DNA of 63,612 nucleotides, filler included, from Octopus bimaculoides (taxonomy: Eukaryota): the NCBI RefSeq assembly GCF_001194135.2. It is 5 parts of 4 records of this genome, joined end to end, with 100 filler letters (N's around TTAATTAATTAA, not from the genome) between each part and the next. Parts side by side here need not be neighbours in the genome. Positions count along the whole stretch, not along the records: positions 12,522 to 43,567 come from NC_068990.1; positions 43,668 to 58,123 come from NC_068995.1; 3 more parts are not named here. One strand, given 5' to 3'. This document shows positions 39,837 to 49,485 of the stretch, piece by piece (position 1 is the stretch's first letter; every line of letters starts with the position of its first letter). A program made the position numbers and the translations under genes. Under the pieces are notes generated by a model. That model saw only the letters and a list, made by a program, of their open reading frames with translations, made no database searches and was not told where the DNA came from.

Positions 39837-41232
39837 GATAAGAGCAGCAAGCTGGCAGAATTGTTAGCATGTTGGACAAAATGCTTAGTGGCATTTTGTC
39901 TGTCTTTACGTTCTAAATTCAACTTCCACTGAGGTTAATTTTTCCTTTCATCCTTTCAGTTCGATATAAGTACCAGTTGAGCACTGGAGTTTGTGTAATC
40001 GACTTACCCTCTCTCCCAAAACCGCTGGCCTTCTACCAAAATTTGACACCCTTATTATTATATAGGGTTGGAGTTGAGGTCAGATTCATTACAACATTGG
40101 AAAACGTGTTCTGTACTATTTGTTCATACTCTTTACATCAGTGGTTCCCAAGGTGGGTGATACTGCTCCCTTGAGGGCAATGGAAAGATGGGTGAGGGGC
40201 ATTGAAGAAAAGTGTGGCAATAATGGGGTGGCCAAAAGGTGGCAATGGATATAAGTCCCACTGCCAAAATGAGTTAATTAGGTTAAATTTTATTTCTGAA
40301 ATACAGTTGTTTTGAATTTGCTGTAGAAAGTGGTCTATGTTTGTGATAGTGATTCAGGGTGTGTGCTTGGAATATAACCTGGGAATCCAGGGGCGGCAGC
40401 CTGAAAAAGTTTGGGAACAACTATTTTACATTATGAGTTTGACATTTCATTTTTTTTAAAAAGGAAAAAGAATAAAATCATTATTTAAAACTATATAATT
40501 CTATAATGTTTTTCAAGTGTTTGATCTCTGAAGATAAAATATAAGTTCAAAAAATGATATTCCTTGAGTAAAAGAGTAAAAGAGATCCATACTCAGCAGC
40601 AAAAATGTTCAGACTGATCCTCTGGTGGTGTGAAGCACTTGTGGAAGTGCCATGTAAAAATGCCCATGCAGTGCAATGTAAAAGCAGTTGTGTAAAAACA
40701 CTCGTGGTGACACATAAATACACCCATGCGCCGTCATGTAAAAGCACCCATGCGCCGTCATGTAAAAGCACTCATGTGGTGTCACATAACAGCAACTGTG
40801 TAGCATCACATAAAAACACTTATGCAGTGTCACATACAAGCATCCATCATACTCTGTAAAGTGGTTGGCATTAGAAAGGTAATCCAGCTGTAGAAACCAT
40901 GTCAAATCAGATCAGAGTCTAGTGCAGCCCCACAACTTGCCAGCTCTGGTCACACTGTCCAATCCATGCCAGCATAGACAGTGGATGTTAAATGATGATT
41001 ATGATGATGATATCCAGTGCAATTGAATTAATTAATTTTTTTCTTATGAATTACTAAACAGATTTTTTTATCTTCCTATTTTTACAGATATCACAGTATT
41101 GGAGAACTTGGTTCCAATCCTCTTGAACTTTTTGGTGCTTACCCACAGTTGGTGTATAAGAATGGAGAACCTTGTAGAGAAGGGAAGAATTCTTCAACTT
41201 ATATTACATTTCAGTGTGATTTATCTGCTGTG
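14517..41232 (+). CDS. IGF2R: Cation-independent mannose-6-phosphate receptor / IGF2R-like gene, partial (12 exons; MRH domain 5 C-half through most of domain 10); both ends missing from this scaffold piece
   Basis: Hand-spliced exons 14517-14804, 16301-16457, 18416-18580, 20539-20745, 22089-22263, 23898-24188, 25966-26156, 27125-27205, 30861-31086, 34206-34577, 37611-37677, 41088-41232 all have AG/GT ends and matching phases, giving one open frame. It shows repeated MRH motifs (YDLSxL, YxINVC, LxYxNGxxC, IxFxC, CxYxFxWxTxxACP) collinear with human IGF2R domains 5-10 as recalled (e.g. ESNSTY vs EDNSTY; CHK..R..CSYLFEW in domain 9). Confidence 0.95.
15101..15530 (+). mobile_element. tRNA-derived SINE 'family A' with internal (TA)n
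   Basis: Head GGCRCAGGAGTGGCTGTGTGGTAAG...GGTTCAGTCCC, tail GTCAAATGACTGAAACAAGTAAAAGA; further copies at 19524-19940 (+), 27374-27755 (+), 28566-28855 (-), 49149-49485 (+); partial copies at 14298-14448 (-), 32261-32420 (+), 41822-41975 (+), 53092-53330 (-). Confidence 0.85.
16301..16457 (+). CDS. IGF2R: IGF2R exon, domain 6 (SLTKMSDNW...KFEGGK)
   Basis: Acceptor actttcag, donor AAG|GTACAT; phase 2-0; KYYINVCRSLN motif. Confidence 0.92.
18416..18580 (+). CDS. IGF2R: IGF2R exon, domain 6 (EVIAHENLG...HFHCTKKIT)
   Basis: Acceptor ttttcacag, donor GTAAGT; phase 0-0; LEYTNGKAC motif. Confidence 0.92.
19524..19940 (+). mobile_element. Family A SINE copy
   Basis: Full head, (TA)n and tail structure. 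Confidence 0.85.
20539..20745 (+). CDS. IGF2R: IGF2R exon, end of domain 6 and start of domain 7 (EHGPSLL...HKFY)
   Basis: Acceptor tttaacag, donor GTAAGT; phase 0-0; CHYVFLWNTPAAC and CSIKDTNSG motifs. Confidence 0.92.
20891..21230 (+). repeat. About 340-nt unclassified repeat, copy 1 (copy 2 at 23337-23690)
   Basis: Shared core CAGCAGCCTACAAGTAAATTTCTCACT...TTATTAACACAA; roughly 85% identity by eye. Confidence 0.85.
22089..22263 (+). CDS. IGF2R: IGF2R exon, domain 7 (LNICAPV...RLSD)
   Basis: Acceptor gcctccag, donor G|GTAAGA; phase 0-1. Confidence 0.9.
22332..22720 (+). mobile_element. About 390-nt tRNA-derived SINE (resembles the octopus OK/OR retroposons; exact family not established)
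   Basis: A-box TGGCCCAGTGG, B-box GGTTTCGATTCT, (CAA)n tail; degraded relatives near 19203-19478 (+) and 32630-32780 (-). Confidence 0.75.
22960..23300 (+). mobile_element. Family B retroposon copy (intronic)
   Basis: Same core, ending GCGGACGTTAAACGATGATGATGATG. Confidence 0.85.
23898..24188 (+). CDS. IGF2R: IGF2R exon, end of domain 7 and start of domain 8 (GSLFKV...NTTCA)
   Basis: Acceptor cattcag, donor G|GTAAAT; phase 1-1; FDTPLACP and YDLSQL motifs. Confidence 0.93.
24365..24740 (+). mobile_element. Family B retroposon copy (intronic)
   Basis: Same core and (GAT)n tail. Confidence 0.85.
25966..26156 (+). CDS. IGF2R: IGF2R exon, domain 8 (GNVGGCQ...FFCSTVE)
   Basis: Acceptor atattcag, donor GAG|GTAAGT; phase 1-0. 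Confidence 0.92.
27125..27205 (+). CDS. IGF2R: IGF2R exon, end of domain 8 (HFISFGSETEFCEYIFTWRTPAACPIK); absent from ORF track
   Basis: Long pyrimidine tract and ctag acceptor, donor AAG|GTGATT; phase 0-0; canonical MRH C-terminal CxYxFxWxTxxACP. Confidence 0.9.
27374..27755 (+). mobile_element. Family A SINE copy (older)
   Basis: Diverged head and tail. Confidence 0.8.
28566..28855 (-). mobile_element. Family A SINE copy, 5'-truncated
   Basis: Reverse complement of the tail and central module. Confidence 0.8.
28880..29600 (-). mobile_element. Possible highly decayed Penelope-like RT C-terminal fragment
   Basis: Weak minus-strand similarity (PISFLRLP; FTSYLEDPLRYFITTISISF*LHPVTSTLSF) to PLE SQFLRLRR and LTYHP...LQxDP motifs; interrupted by (GA)n. 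Confidence 0.3.
30043..30330. repeat. Long inverted repeat / MITE-like foldback: 137-nt arms, 14-nt loop
   Basis: 30043-30179 vs reverse complement of 30194-30330: no indels, 20 mismatches by hand count (about 85% identity). Confidence 0.9.
30861..31086 (+). CDS. IGF2R: IGF2R exon, domain 9 N-half (RITGKFC...VINI)
   Basis: Acceptor ctttctag, donor G|GTAAGA; phase 0-1; FDLSVL, LNVCG, AACQ. Confidence 0.92.
31140..32225 (-). mobile_element. Five head-to-tail copies of tRNA-like SINE 'family C' with (ATT)n tails
   Basis: Units at about 31146-31380, 31381-31522, 31523-31750, 31751-31981, 31982-32225; other copies at 21560-21690 (-), 37745-37960 (+), 39588-40040 (+, two copies), 45700-45895 (-). 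Confidence 0.85.
34206..34577 (+). CDS. IGF2R: IGF2R exon, domain 9 C-half and start of domain 10 (GKASDELVYEDG...LVHRK)
   Basis: Acceptor ttttccag, donor G|GTAAAT; phase 1-1; CHKKFSRKT and EKEDCSYLFEWPT. Confidence 0.93.
35880..36125 (-). mobile_element. CR1-type LINE 3' terminal fragment
   Basis: Minus strand HDFRKHFFTLRVAEAWNKLPASVVSCWSTASFK, matching CR1 FFxxRVxxxWNxLP. Confidence 0.75.
37611..37677 (+). CDS. IGF2R: IGF2R exon, domain 10 (GETCPSSSAACSINLNETDTTK); absent from ORF track
   Basis: Acceptor attttcag, donor AA|GTAAGA; phase 1-2; CPxxxAAC motif. Confidence 0.88.
37975..38560. repeat. Unclassified interspersed element of about 580 nt, copy 1 (copy 2 at about 39085-39555)
   Basis: Two collinear diverged copies (...CAAGTGACACTGGGGTACAAATA...GGTGAATTATTCAAACCC...CAGAAGCCATGAGAGCCAC); no ORF or known RNA recognised. 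Confidence 0.7.
38860..39095 (-). mobile_element. 3' end of a restriction-like-endonuclease (RLE) non-LTR element
   Basis: Minus strand ITIGALGTLSKDMDKWLKKIGIECPVELLQKVCLLGTGKIIRRVLST*, then a 3' UTR and (AAT)n tail. Confidence 0.7.
41088..41232 (+). CDS. IGF2R: IGF2R exon, domain 10 (KYHSIGELG...QCDLSAV); last exon visible; absent from ORF track
   Basis: Acceptor ttttacag, donor GTG|GTAAGT; phase 2-0; LVYKNGEPC and ITFQCD motifs. Confidence 0.9.
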
Positions 41233-42509
41233 GTAAGTGTCTTTAGGGGATTTCATTTTCTTTGCTGGTTTTCTTTTATGTTGGTTGTTGTTTAGTTGCA
41301 ACCTTGCGTTACACACACCTGTTATGATCCATGATGTTCTGGCCATTATGATCCCATTTTTTTCTAACATTTAAGTCTACATTGTGCTTTATTTTTTTTT
41401 TAAGACAATGAGGTATGATTTAAGGAAGATTTAGCTGCTATTTCTACCAAGCTGAGCGATTATGTAATTGCTCTCTTGTTGTTAATTTGTTCCAGGTTAG
41501 TTTTGATTGAGCAGACCTTTGATTAAGGTATTCCAGCTGTAATCAGCCTGTCATTTTGTAGATCAGAAACGATATCTTTCAATATATTTTGGATTATTTT
41601 CTTTTCTATGATGGTAAGATGTGATTTGAAGGTCATTTAACTTCTATTGTGACTGGACAGCCAAATGTTCTTACAAAAAATAGACATTCTAGTCATACCC
41701 ATCATGCCATCCATCTGTTGGTCATTGCATAGCTAGGACTACGTTTTCTCTTCTGTTTTGCCTTTACAAGACAGTGTAATTTAAGGGAGATTTGGCTGCT
41801 AGTTTTAGCTTGTGTTTGTGTGTGTGTGGCTGTGTCATGGAGAGGCTTACTTCCCTAGCATGTTATCTTGGGTGCAGCCCCATTGTATGACACTGAAGGC
41901 AAGTGTCTTGCTGCAGTCTCAGACCAACCAGAGCCCTGTCAGTGGATTTGGTAAATGGAAACTGAAATAAGCCCATCCTGTGCACACACACAGACACACA
42001 CTGTGTGTCTGTGTCTGCTTGTCCTCATGTCTTGACATCATGTGATGACTATAAACATGCATCACTGTCATACAAGTGGTGTTGATTGTTTCCAATCTTC
42101 TGTGGAAAATCTGCCTGGTCGTGGCAAATATTACATTGCTTGGAAACAGGCAAGGATGGGTAACAGGAAAAATTTGTCTCAGCAAATTCCATTTGACCCA
42201 TGCAAGCACGGAAAAATAGGCATTAAATGATCATGAACAATCATGTAGAAGCTCCATCATGGACTGATAGGCCTGTTGTCATCTGTAGTTACATACACAC
42301 ATGCATACTAATGTTGAACAGGGAAAATGAGTCCTCAACACTGTGTTGGTGGATAAATATTCTTTATATGTGGGTCAACAAGGCCACCGATGATTTTATG
42401 TGATTTCCATCTGAAATAGAGACAAGTACCAACACTTCCATGTGACATATTCAAACAATTGTGAAAGTCCCCTAACATGAAACTGTTGTTTGCCTTGTTA
42501 GCCCACAAA

Positions 42510-42549
<40 letters not shown>

Positions 42550-42649
42550 NNNNNNNNNNNNNNNNNNNNNNNNNNNNNNNNNNNNNNNNNNNNNNNNNNN
42601 NNNNNNNNNNNNNNNNNNNNNNNNNNNNNNNNNNNNNNNNNNNNNNNNN

Positions 42650-43567
42650 ACACACTGTCTTGCAACACGAAATACCTCAAGTCTTTGGTCCTCACGGCAT
42701 TGAACATTGACAAACTTTTTCCTATCTGCTTCCCCTCTGGCTAAATAAACCTGTCGCCTAGCTTCCCTTCTGGCCGTCTAATACAGTTCCCTGCTACCAC
42801 CATTTTTCCAGTCTTTCCAAGCCTGTTTCTTTTTTCTAATAGCCCTGTCAACAACATTGTTCCACCACCACGTTATTTTTGGTCGAGAAGGGACCTTGCA
42901 CTAACCACAGATCTGGTCGGTGGCCCTCAGCAAGTTGTCCCGTAGAAACGTCCAGTTGTCCTCTACATTGTGTGAAGCTACACCCCCCTCTATTTCGTCG
43001 AAGGCTTCATGTAATAAGTCTCTAAATCTCTGTCCATTCGCAGGATCTTTGAGCTTCCAGACCCTTCTCCTCCAAGCTGGTTGTCTTCTGGGCAGCTATT
43101 TAGCCCTGATCCCGAAGTCACTAACTACTAGTCCATGTTGTGGGATACATTCTTCGCCTGGGAATGTTTTGGCATTTCTAAGCAGCCATCTTTCCCTTTT
43201 CGTAGCGAGGATGTAGTCAATTTGGCTAGTGTGCTTGCCAGAACAGTAGGTGATTAGGTGACTGGCAGGTTTCTTGAAGTTAGTATTGCAGACCATAAGG
43301 TCATTTGCATCACAGAACTCCAGCAGCCTGGTTCCCTCCTCATTGCGGGAACCAAAACCATAGCCTCCATGTATGCCATAGAAGGTCCTGAATGTTGTCC
43401 AACATGACCATTGAAGTCACCAGCCACAAAGAGAAGGTCCCTGTCATTCGTCGATGAGGTAGTCTGCAGGAGGGTGTCATAAAATTGGTCTTTCTGTCCG
43501 TCGGGTTGCCCGGGCTGAGGGGCATAGGCCGAGATAATGGTTGCTAACCCATGGTGAAGGACTAATC
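42650..43567 (-). mobile_element. RTE-clade LINE, APE endonuclease region, relatively young; cut by linker
   Basis: Minus strand IISAYAPQPG...VAGDFNGHVG...NEEGTRLLEFC...SQIDYIL with one frameshift in the motif region. Confidence 0.9.
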
Positions 43568-46567
43568 NNNNNNNNNNNNNNNNNNNNNNNNNNNNNNNNN
43601 NNNNNNNNNNNTTAATTAATTAANNNNNNNNNNNNNNNNNNNNNNNNNNNNNNNNNNNNNNNNNNNNATATATATATATATATACATATATATGTACATA
43701 CATACATAATTATTTCTGTATATAAGTATGCGTGTCTTTTTTGTGTGTGCGCGTGGATATATGTGTCAGATGTCCAGTTTCTCGCTATTTGTTTATCGAT
43801 TTACGGTATTTGTTAGTTGTAGTATATACAGAAACTTATTCCTACAAATGACATATTTTCCAAGACATTAAAGCAATTTTGATATATTTTTCAAACCATT
43901 ACACGCACGCACTCATATTCTTCAAACCAATAGAACATCACGCATACGCACTCACATATATCATATATGTTAAATATATACATACACACACATATACATA
44001 TTCATATATATATGCACATATATCTATCAATATATAGATATATATATATGTATGTATATTATATGTATGTGTATATTATATGTAAACACAGACACCCACA
44101 CATAGACACACACACACACACATACATATATGTATATATATATACATATATATATTCTTGCACATGTAAACGTATGTAGGTCTGAATTTTTATGTATATA
44201 GAATGACAAATAAAATCGTAATATAGTTCATTGATTTTGGTGAACAGAAATAAAATTGAATCATTTGGTTTTATAAACAATACAGTTCGTATATCACGCA
44301 TGTCTGCACACTTCTGTGTGTTAGCTTGATAAACGATTATAAAATAATGCCATCTAATAAAAGTCGATACATTATGTTATATGTTAAACTGTAAATACGA
44401 CTGAAGTGTAAATAAGATATGAAGATGTGAAAAACACAGATAGTGTTGTACTCAGAAAGTCAGACACTTATAATCCCAGACGCACACAATACACATAAAC
44501 ACACAGTACCACATATTGATTTACTCACACTAACCTACTCATATATATACATATATATATACATATACATATATATATATATATATGTATATATGCANNN
44601 NNNNNNNNNNNNNNNNNNNNNNNNNNNNNNNNNNNNNNNNNNNNNNNNNNNNNNNNNNNNNNNNNNNNNNNNNNNNNNNNNNNNNNNNNNNNNNNNNNNN
44701 NNNNNNNNNNNNNNNNNNNNNNNNNNNNNNNNNNNNNNNNNNNNNNNNNNNNNNNNNNNNNNNNNNNNNNNNNNNNNNNNNNNNNNNNNNNNNNNNNNNN
44801 NNNNNNNNNNNNNNNNNNNNNNNNNNNNNNNNNNNNNNNNNNNNNNNNNNNNNNNNNNNNNNNNNNNNNNNNNNNNNNNNNNNNNNNTATATATATATAT
44901 ATATTTATATATATGTATGTATATATGCATATATATGCTCACACTCAGACATACATACATATATTGATAAACATTTATTGGGGTAAATTGTATAGACATT
45001 ATTGAAGCTGACGATTCGTTGAACAATTTCAATTTCACTTTATCCGTTTTCTAATTTCAACACTCACCTTGAGAGATTTTGAAGTTCAATATTTAGGTTC
45101 ATATATGGAATGTACTATTAGTTTATTCACATATATCATATTATCGCTAGACCCAGAGTCCCTATAGCAGTGTTCAACGGAATACTAATTTCTACCTTTG
45201 ACAGAGGGTAGCTTAACATAACGAATCATAGTTTAGAAGTACTCAATTCGGTCTAATCAACGACTGGATAACTGGGTAATGTATAGGTTGGACATGATCG
45301 TATAACACTTTACAAAGAGTAAAGTATTTTAAACTATATCCAGAGTAATAATTATTCTAAGTATACATTTTATGATAACATGAGCTTGATGTACATTCAA
45401 AAACCAACATACAAATGTAGAATAGAAATACTTAAAAACGATGTGAGGAACGAAAGAATTTGTGTTAGTAAACTGACTAAGATCCAGATGTCGAATCGAC
45501 ACCGAATATCTTGTTGGTCCGTGTTATATTTCTACTTTCCAAATATTATTGCTTTCGTGTTAGGGCGTGCATGTGTCTTATAATTATAGTTCTAAGACCG
45601 CTGAGAATTTAGAAAGCAAATTATATCGTATATGAATGACATTTACAGCAATTACTGTTTGTTAAACTCACCAGCAAGAACAATGTTGATTATAAAATTT
45701 TGGCACAGCAATTTCGGGGAAGAGGTTAAGTCGTTTACATTGACCGAAGCATTCAACTGGCACTTCTTTTATCGACTCTGAAACGACGAAAGGCAAAATC
45801 GATCGTGGCAAATTTTGAAATCAAACCGTAAAATCGGACGAAATACCGTTAAGCATGTTGCCCGGTGAGTTAGCGCTTCTGTCAGCTCACCACCTTCTCT
45901 CCAAGAATTATATTAAATGTTGAAGATGATAACGACGGCGGTACTAATTATTATACATGGATTAAATAATCTACTTTGATAATACACGTGTTTTTCTCCG
46001 TTACAACATATGTATGAGAAAGAAAGAGGTGATAGATGATTAAGGAAGGAAGGAGTGCCGGCAAACTTCGTAGTACGATAATGAAAATTCTACGGTTAAA
46101 AATGTCAATCAGCGTTTCAAATCTGTGTGAGTATATATGTGTATGCGTGCGTGTACAAGGGAAATATGTGCATGTTTGTATGTGTGAACCAGCGTTCTTT
46201 CAGTAACAAACGATGATCGATGTCTCATCTCAAAACACAACCATTGACAAGTGTATTGATTTGAATAACCATCCATATTCTATCTGTTGTGTTATAAATA
46301 ATTATTACAATCACACACACACATACACACACACACACGTATACAATCTCAGTAGATACAAACTCAGTAGAGAAAATAATTATTGCCTGAGTGTATCAAT
46401 AATGCAAAACGACTGCAGCTGAAAAGTATATTCTAAATACACATTTAACAGTCGATACATGTGCTTAATTCCTTTTTATTAAGAAATTTATGTTATAAAT
46501 TTTGTCGCTTTAAGTCGTATGAGCTGAGGTTGTTTTCAGTAATGGAGAGTGTATTCCAAAGGAAACG

Positions 46568-46824
46568 TCGTTTCGAAAAAGTTGGTATTTATTTGCCTGC
46601 TCCCGTATTTAGTTACGGGGAGCTTTATGTGGCCTTAAGTCATACAAGAAGGAAGGAAAACTTTAAAATTCTTTTGAATGAAACAAGAAGTCAAAGGATG
46701 TTAGTTGCAGATAGATTTTTCACAAATCTGATAAAAGAATTATTAAGCTAAAAACTTGGTTTTGTGCCATATTTATGTATAAAATACAATTAGACATCAT
46801 TTTTGAAAGAACGGGGCCAGCTAG
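46568..46824 (+). mobile_element. Helitron 3' end (PIF1-like helicase C-terminus plus CTAG terminus)
   Basis: FEKVGIYLPAPVFSYGELYVALSH resembles the Helitron VFSHGQLYVALSR motif; ends ...ACGGGGCCAG-CTAG|T at 46821-46825. Confidence 0.7.
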
Positions 46825-46894
46825 TTAAATAAATGAATAAATAAATAAAGGAGAGTGACTCATAATACATGTTTCAATGACATCAGTATAAGCA

Positions 46895-47870
46895 TTGCAG
46901 ACAAAAAAGCTCAAAAAGTCCCAGAATATTTTTGATTTAACTATAGAAAGATAAAAATTTTAAGATGTTTAGCAGCAAACGCTAAACTTTCACCGATTAT
47001 CGGTATAGTATTAGGTTTAAAGGTCCAAAATGAGATCAGTATAATTTGGAAAAAATGACATGGAGACCGGTGTTGGGTGCTCTACGGGCTGTCCTCCTTG
47101 CAAAACCCCAAACACATGAGTTTATCATCATCTGAATAGTGCTTCCTCTTCAAAACAGACTTCATGGTTAGAAAGATGAGGAAGTCAGATGGTGTGAGGT
47201 TGGGAGAGTATGTAAGATGTGGAAGGATTTCATAGCCGCCAGAGTTTGTATTCATCTGGCCAATATGTATATTGTAAACTGGGACGTTGTCTTGGAGGTG
47301 ACGGGCTAATTTGATCAGCATACTACGCCTCGCAGCTTGATGGCGACTCGTAATTTCTGCAGCAGTGATGCATAGTATACCCCGTTAATTGTGGTGCTCT
47401 TCGCCAGAAAATCCGTCATCATTACTCCGCGCTTATCCCAAAAGACTGACCATCATCTTGCCTGCTGACGTTTGAACATGAACCCTCTTTGTAGGTGGTG
47501 AGTTATCATACTTTCATTGCTTCAACTGGATTCTAGTCTCAAGATCATAGTAAGAGACCCATGTTTCATCTTGTGTGATAAGTCGACCGAAATAGTCCTC
47601 TTCGTTTTCTTGGCACATTGCCAAATGAGCCTGGGAGCAAATGACTCCTTCCTGCTTCTGTAAATATGAGCGCATACGAGGACTCCAATCGTGAAGACAA
47701 CTTATGCAAATGCAAATGGCTGTGGATTAGTGTTACCTTCAATTCTTAGGCTAGTTGCCAAATAGTTATGCGGTGATCCTCGAAAATAGCGGCTTCCACT
47801 TTATGGATGGTGTCGAGAACAATCTACCGATCTCCCACCACATTCAAACTGCCGACGCCAGTGCGTGACT
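46895..47870 (-). mobile_element. Decayed mariner transposase (DD34D-type region)
   Basis: Minus strand DETWV..., SAGKMM, LQDNVP, YEILPHLTYSPNLTPSDF (consensus HPPYSPDLAPSDF). Confidence 0.85.
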
Positions 47871-49148
47871 ACGACATATAAGGGTGCATCGTAACCATAA
47901 ATTTATTTAATCTCATCGAAGGTCTCTCTTGGTGCACCACCTTTCAAGTATAAGAGCATGAACACTGATCTGCATTCAATTGCCTCCATTATAACACATT
48001 TCTCCACTTCAGCAGCCGTAAAAGTCAAACGAATTCTAGTGGAAAGCTGCAATTTATAATGTAACATGTAGAGACATGGATAATTATAGATGTACACATT
48101 GTATTTAGTGCAATAATCAAAAGAGGGGCAGGGGAAATATTTAATGAACGCCACTGGTAGGTCAGACAAAACGTTAGAGTCACTTATAAATATATTTCTG
48201 TGGTATTTCACCGATAACAGTTTCCATGCGGAGTGTTAACCATGTTGATTGCGGCCACTTGCATAAAAAGTTTGCGTCTCTGACATTAGTGAATGTAAGC
48301 CGTGTTCTGTGGCATGCTTTTTGTACTCTGTCACAAAACGAGGACCATATGAGCTATGTATATCCAAGTGCTCAATTACCAATAAAAATTTCGCAACAAG
48401 ATGCATATCTAGTGTCAAGCATAACTTAGTTCCAGATCAGCTTGTCTATTTTGATGTCAGGATGTCAGCTCCAGCTCCTCAGAATGTTAAAATGAAGCAT
48501 GACACGGGGGTGGAGTTTTTCCGGAATTAACTCCTGAATCTGCACATGTGTCACGTTTGTGATTTCCTTAAAGTCATGGGCTGCTATGCCAGTAACTGTT
48601 ACATTTAGTAGTTCGAGTGTGAGACAACAGCTGTTGAGGTGTTGTGTCCTCACAATGAATATTTGGTATGTTTTGGTAGTAATACTTTTGCGGTATGGCA
48701 TGAAAACTGGTTGATTATTGGCGTCTGTTGCAGTGTGATTGGAAGCAATATTATCAAAACATGTGTTGCTAACTTGGACGTTGTAAGTACTAAAGCATTT
48801 ACGATATCGGTCCTGTGGGAAAAAAAGCGTGTAATTAGTATTAGGAATTCCTTAGCTGCTATAGGAGAAGCATTGAGATTGAACGGAGTATTAAATCAAA
48901 ATACCTTTGCCTTTGTACATTACTTCGGCTTTGGGTGTTGGGTGAGTGAACATCTATAGAGACTAGATTATCAATTAAGCTTACCTTCGCTAGTTATATT
49001 AGTGTGCATTTCTGTTGAAGACCTTCTCACGCCGATAGATTGAAGATTCTTCTGTATATGTCTACAACTAGGACCGCAATTATTGTTGGATGATGGTCTA
49101 AACAGCTTGAATTTTCTCTGACTGCAGTCCCATCTGTCTTGCTGTTTA

Positions 49149-49485
49149 GGAGGAGTGGCTGTGTAGTAAGTAGCTTGCTTACGAACCACATGGTTCCGGG
49201 TTCAGTCCCACTGCGTGGCACCTTGGGCAAGTGTCTTCTATTATAGCCTCGGGCCGACCAAAGCCTTGTGAGTGGATTTGGTAGACAGAAACTGAAAGAA
49301 GCCCGTCGTATGTATGTGTATATACATGTATGTGTGTTTTTGTGTATATTAGTCCCCCCAAACAGCGCTTGACAATCGATGCTGATGTGTTTACCCCCTC
49401 GTAACTTAGCGGTTCGGCAAAATACACCGATAGAATAAGTACTAGGCTTACAAAGAATAAGTCCTGGAGTCGATTTGCTGAACTA
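49149..49485 (+). mobile_element. Family A SINE copy
   Basis: Head and central module near-identical to the 19524 copy. Confidence 0.85.

Noticed and set aside
41233-43567. Next IGF2R exon (end of domain 10 and IGF-II-binding domain 11)
   Set aside because: No CxYxFxWxT motif found before the RTE element and linker, so nothing can be said about IGF binding
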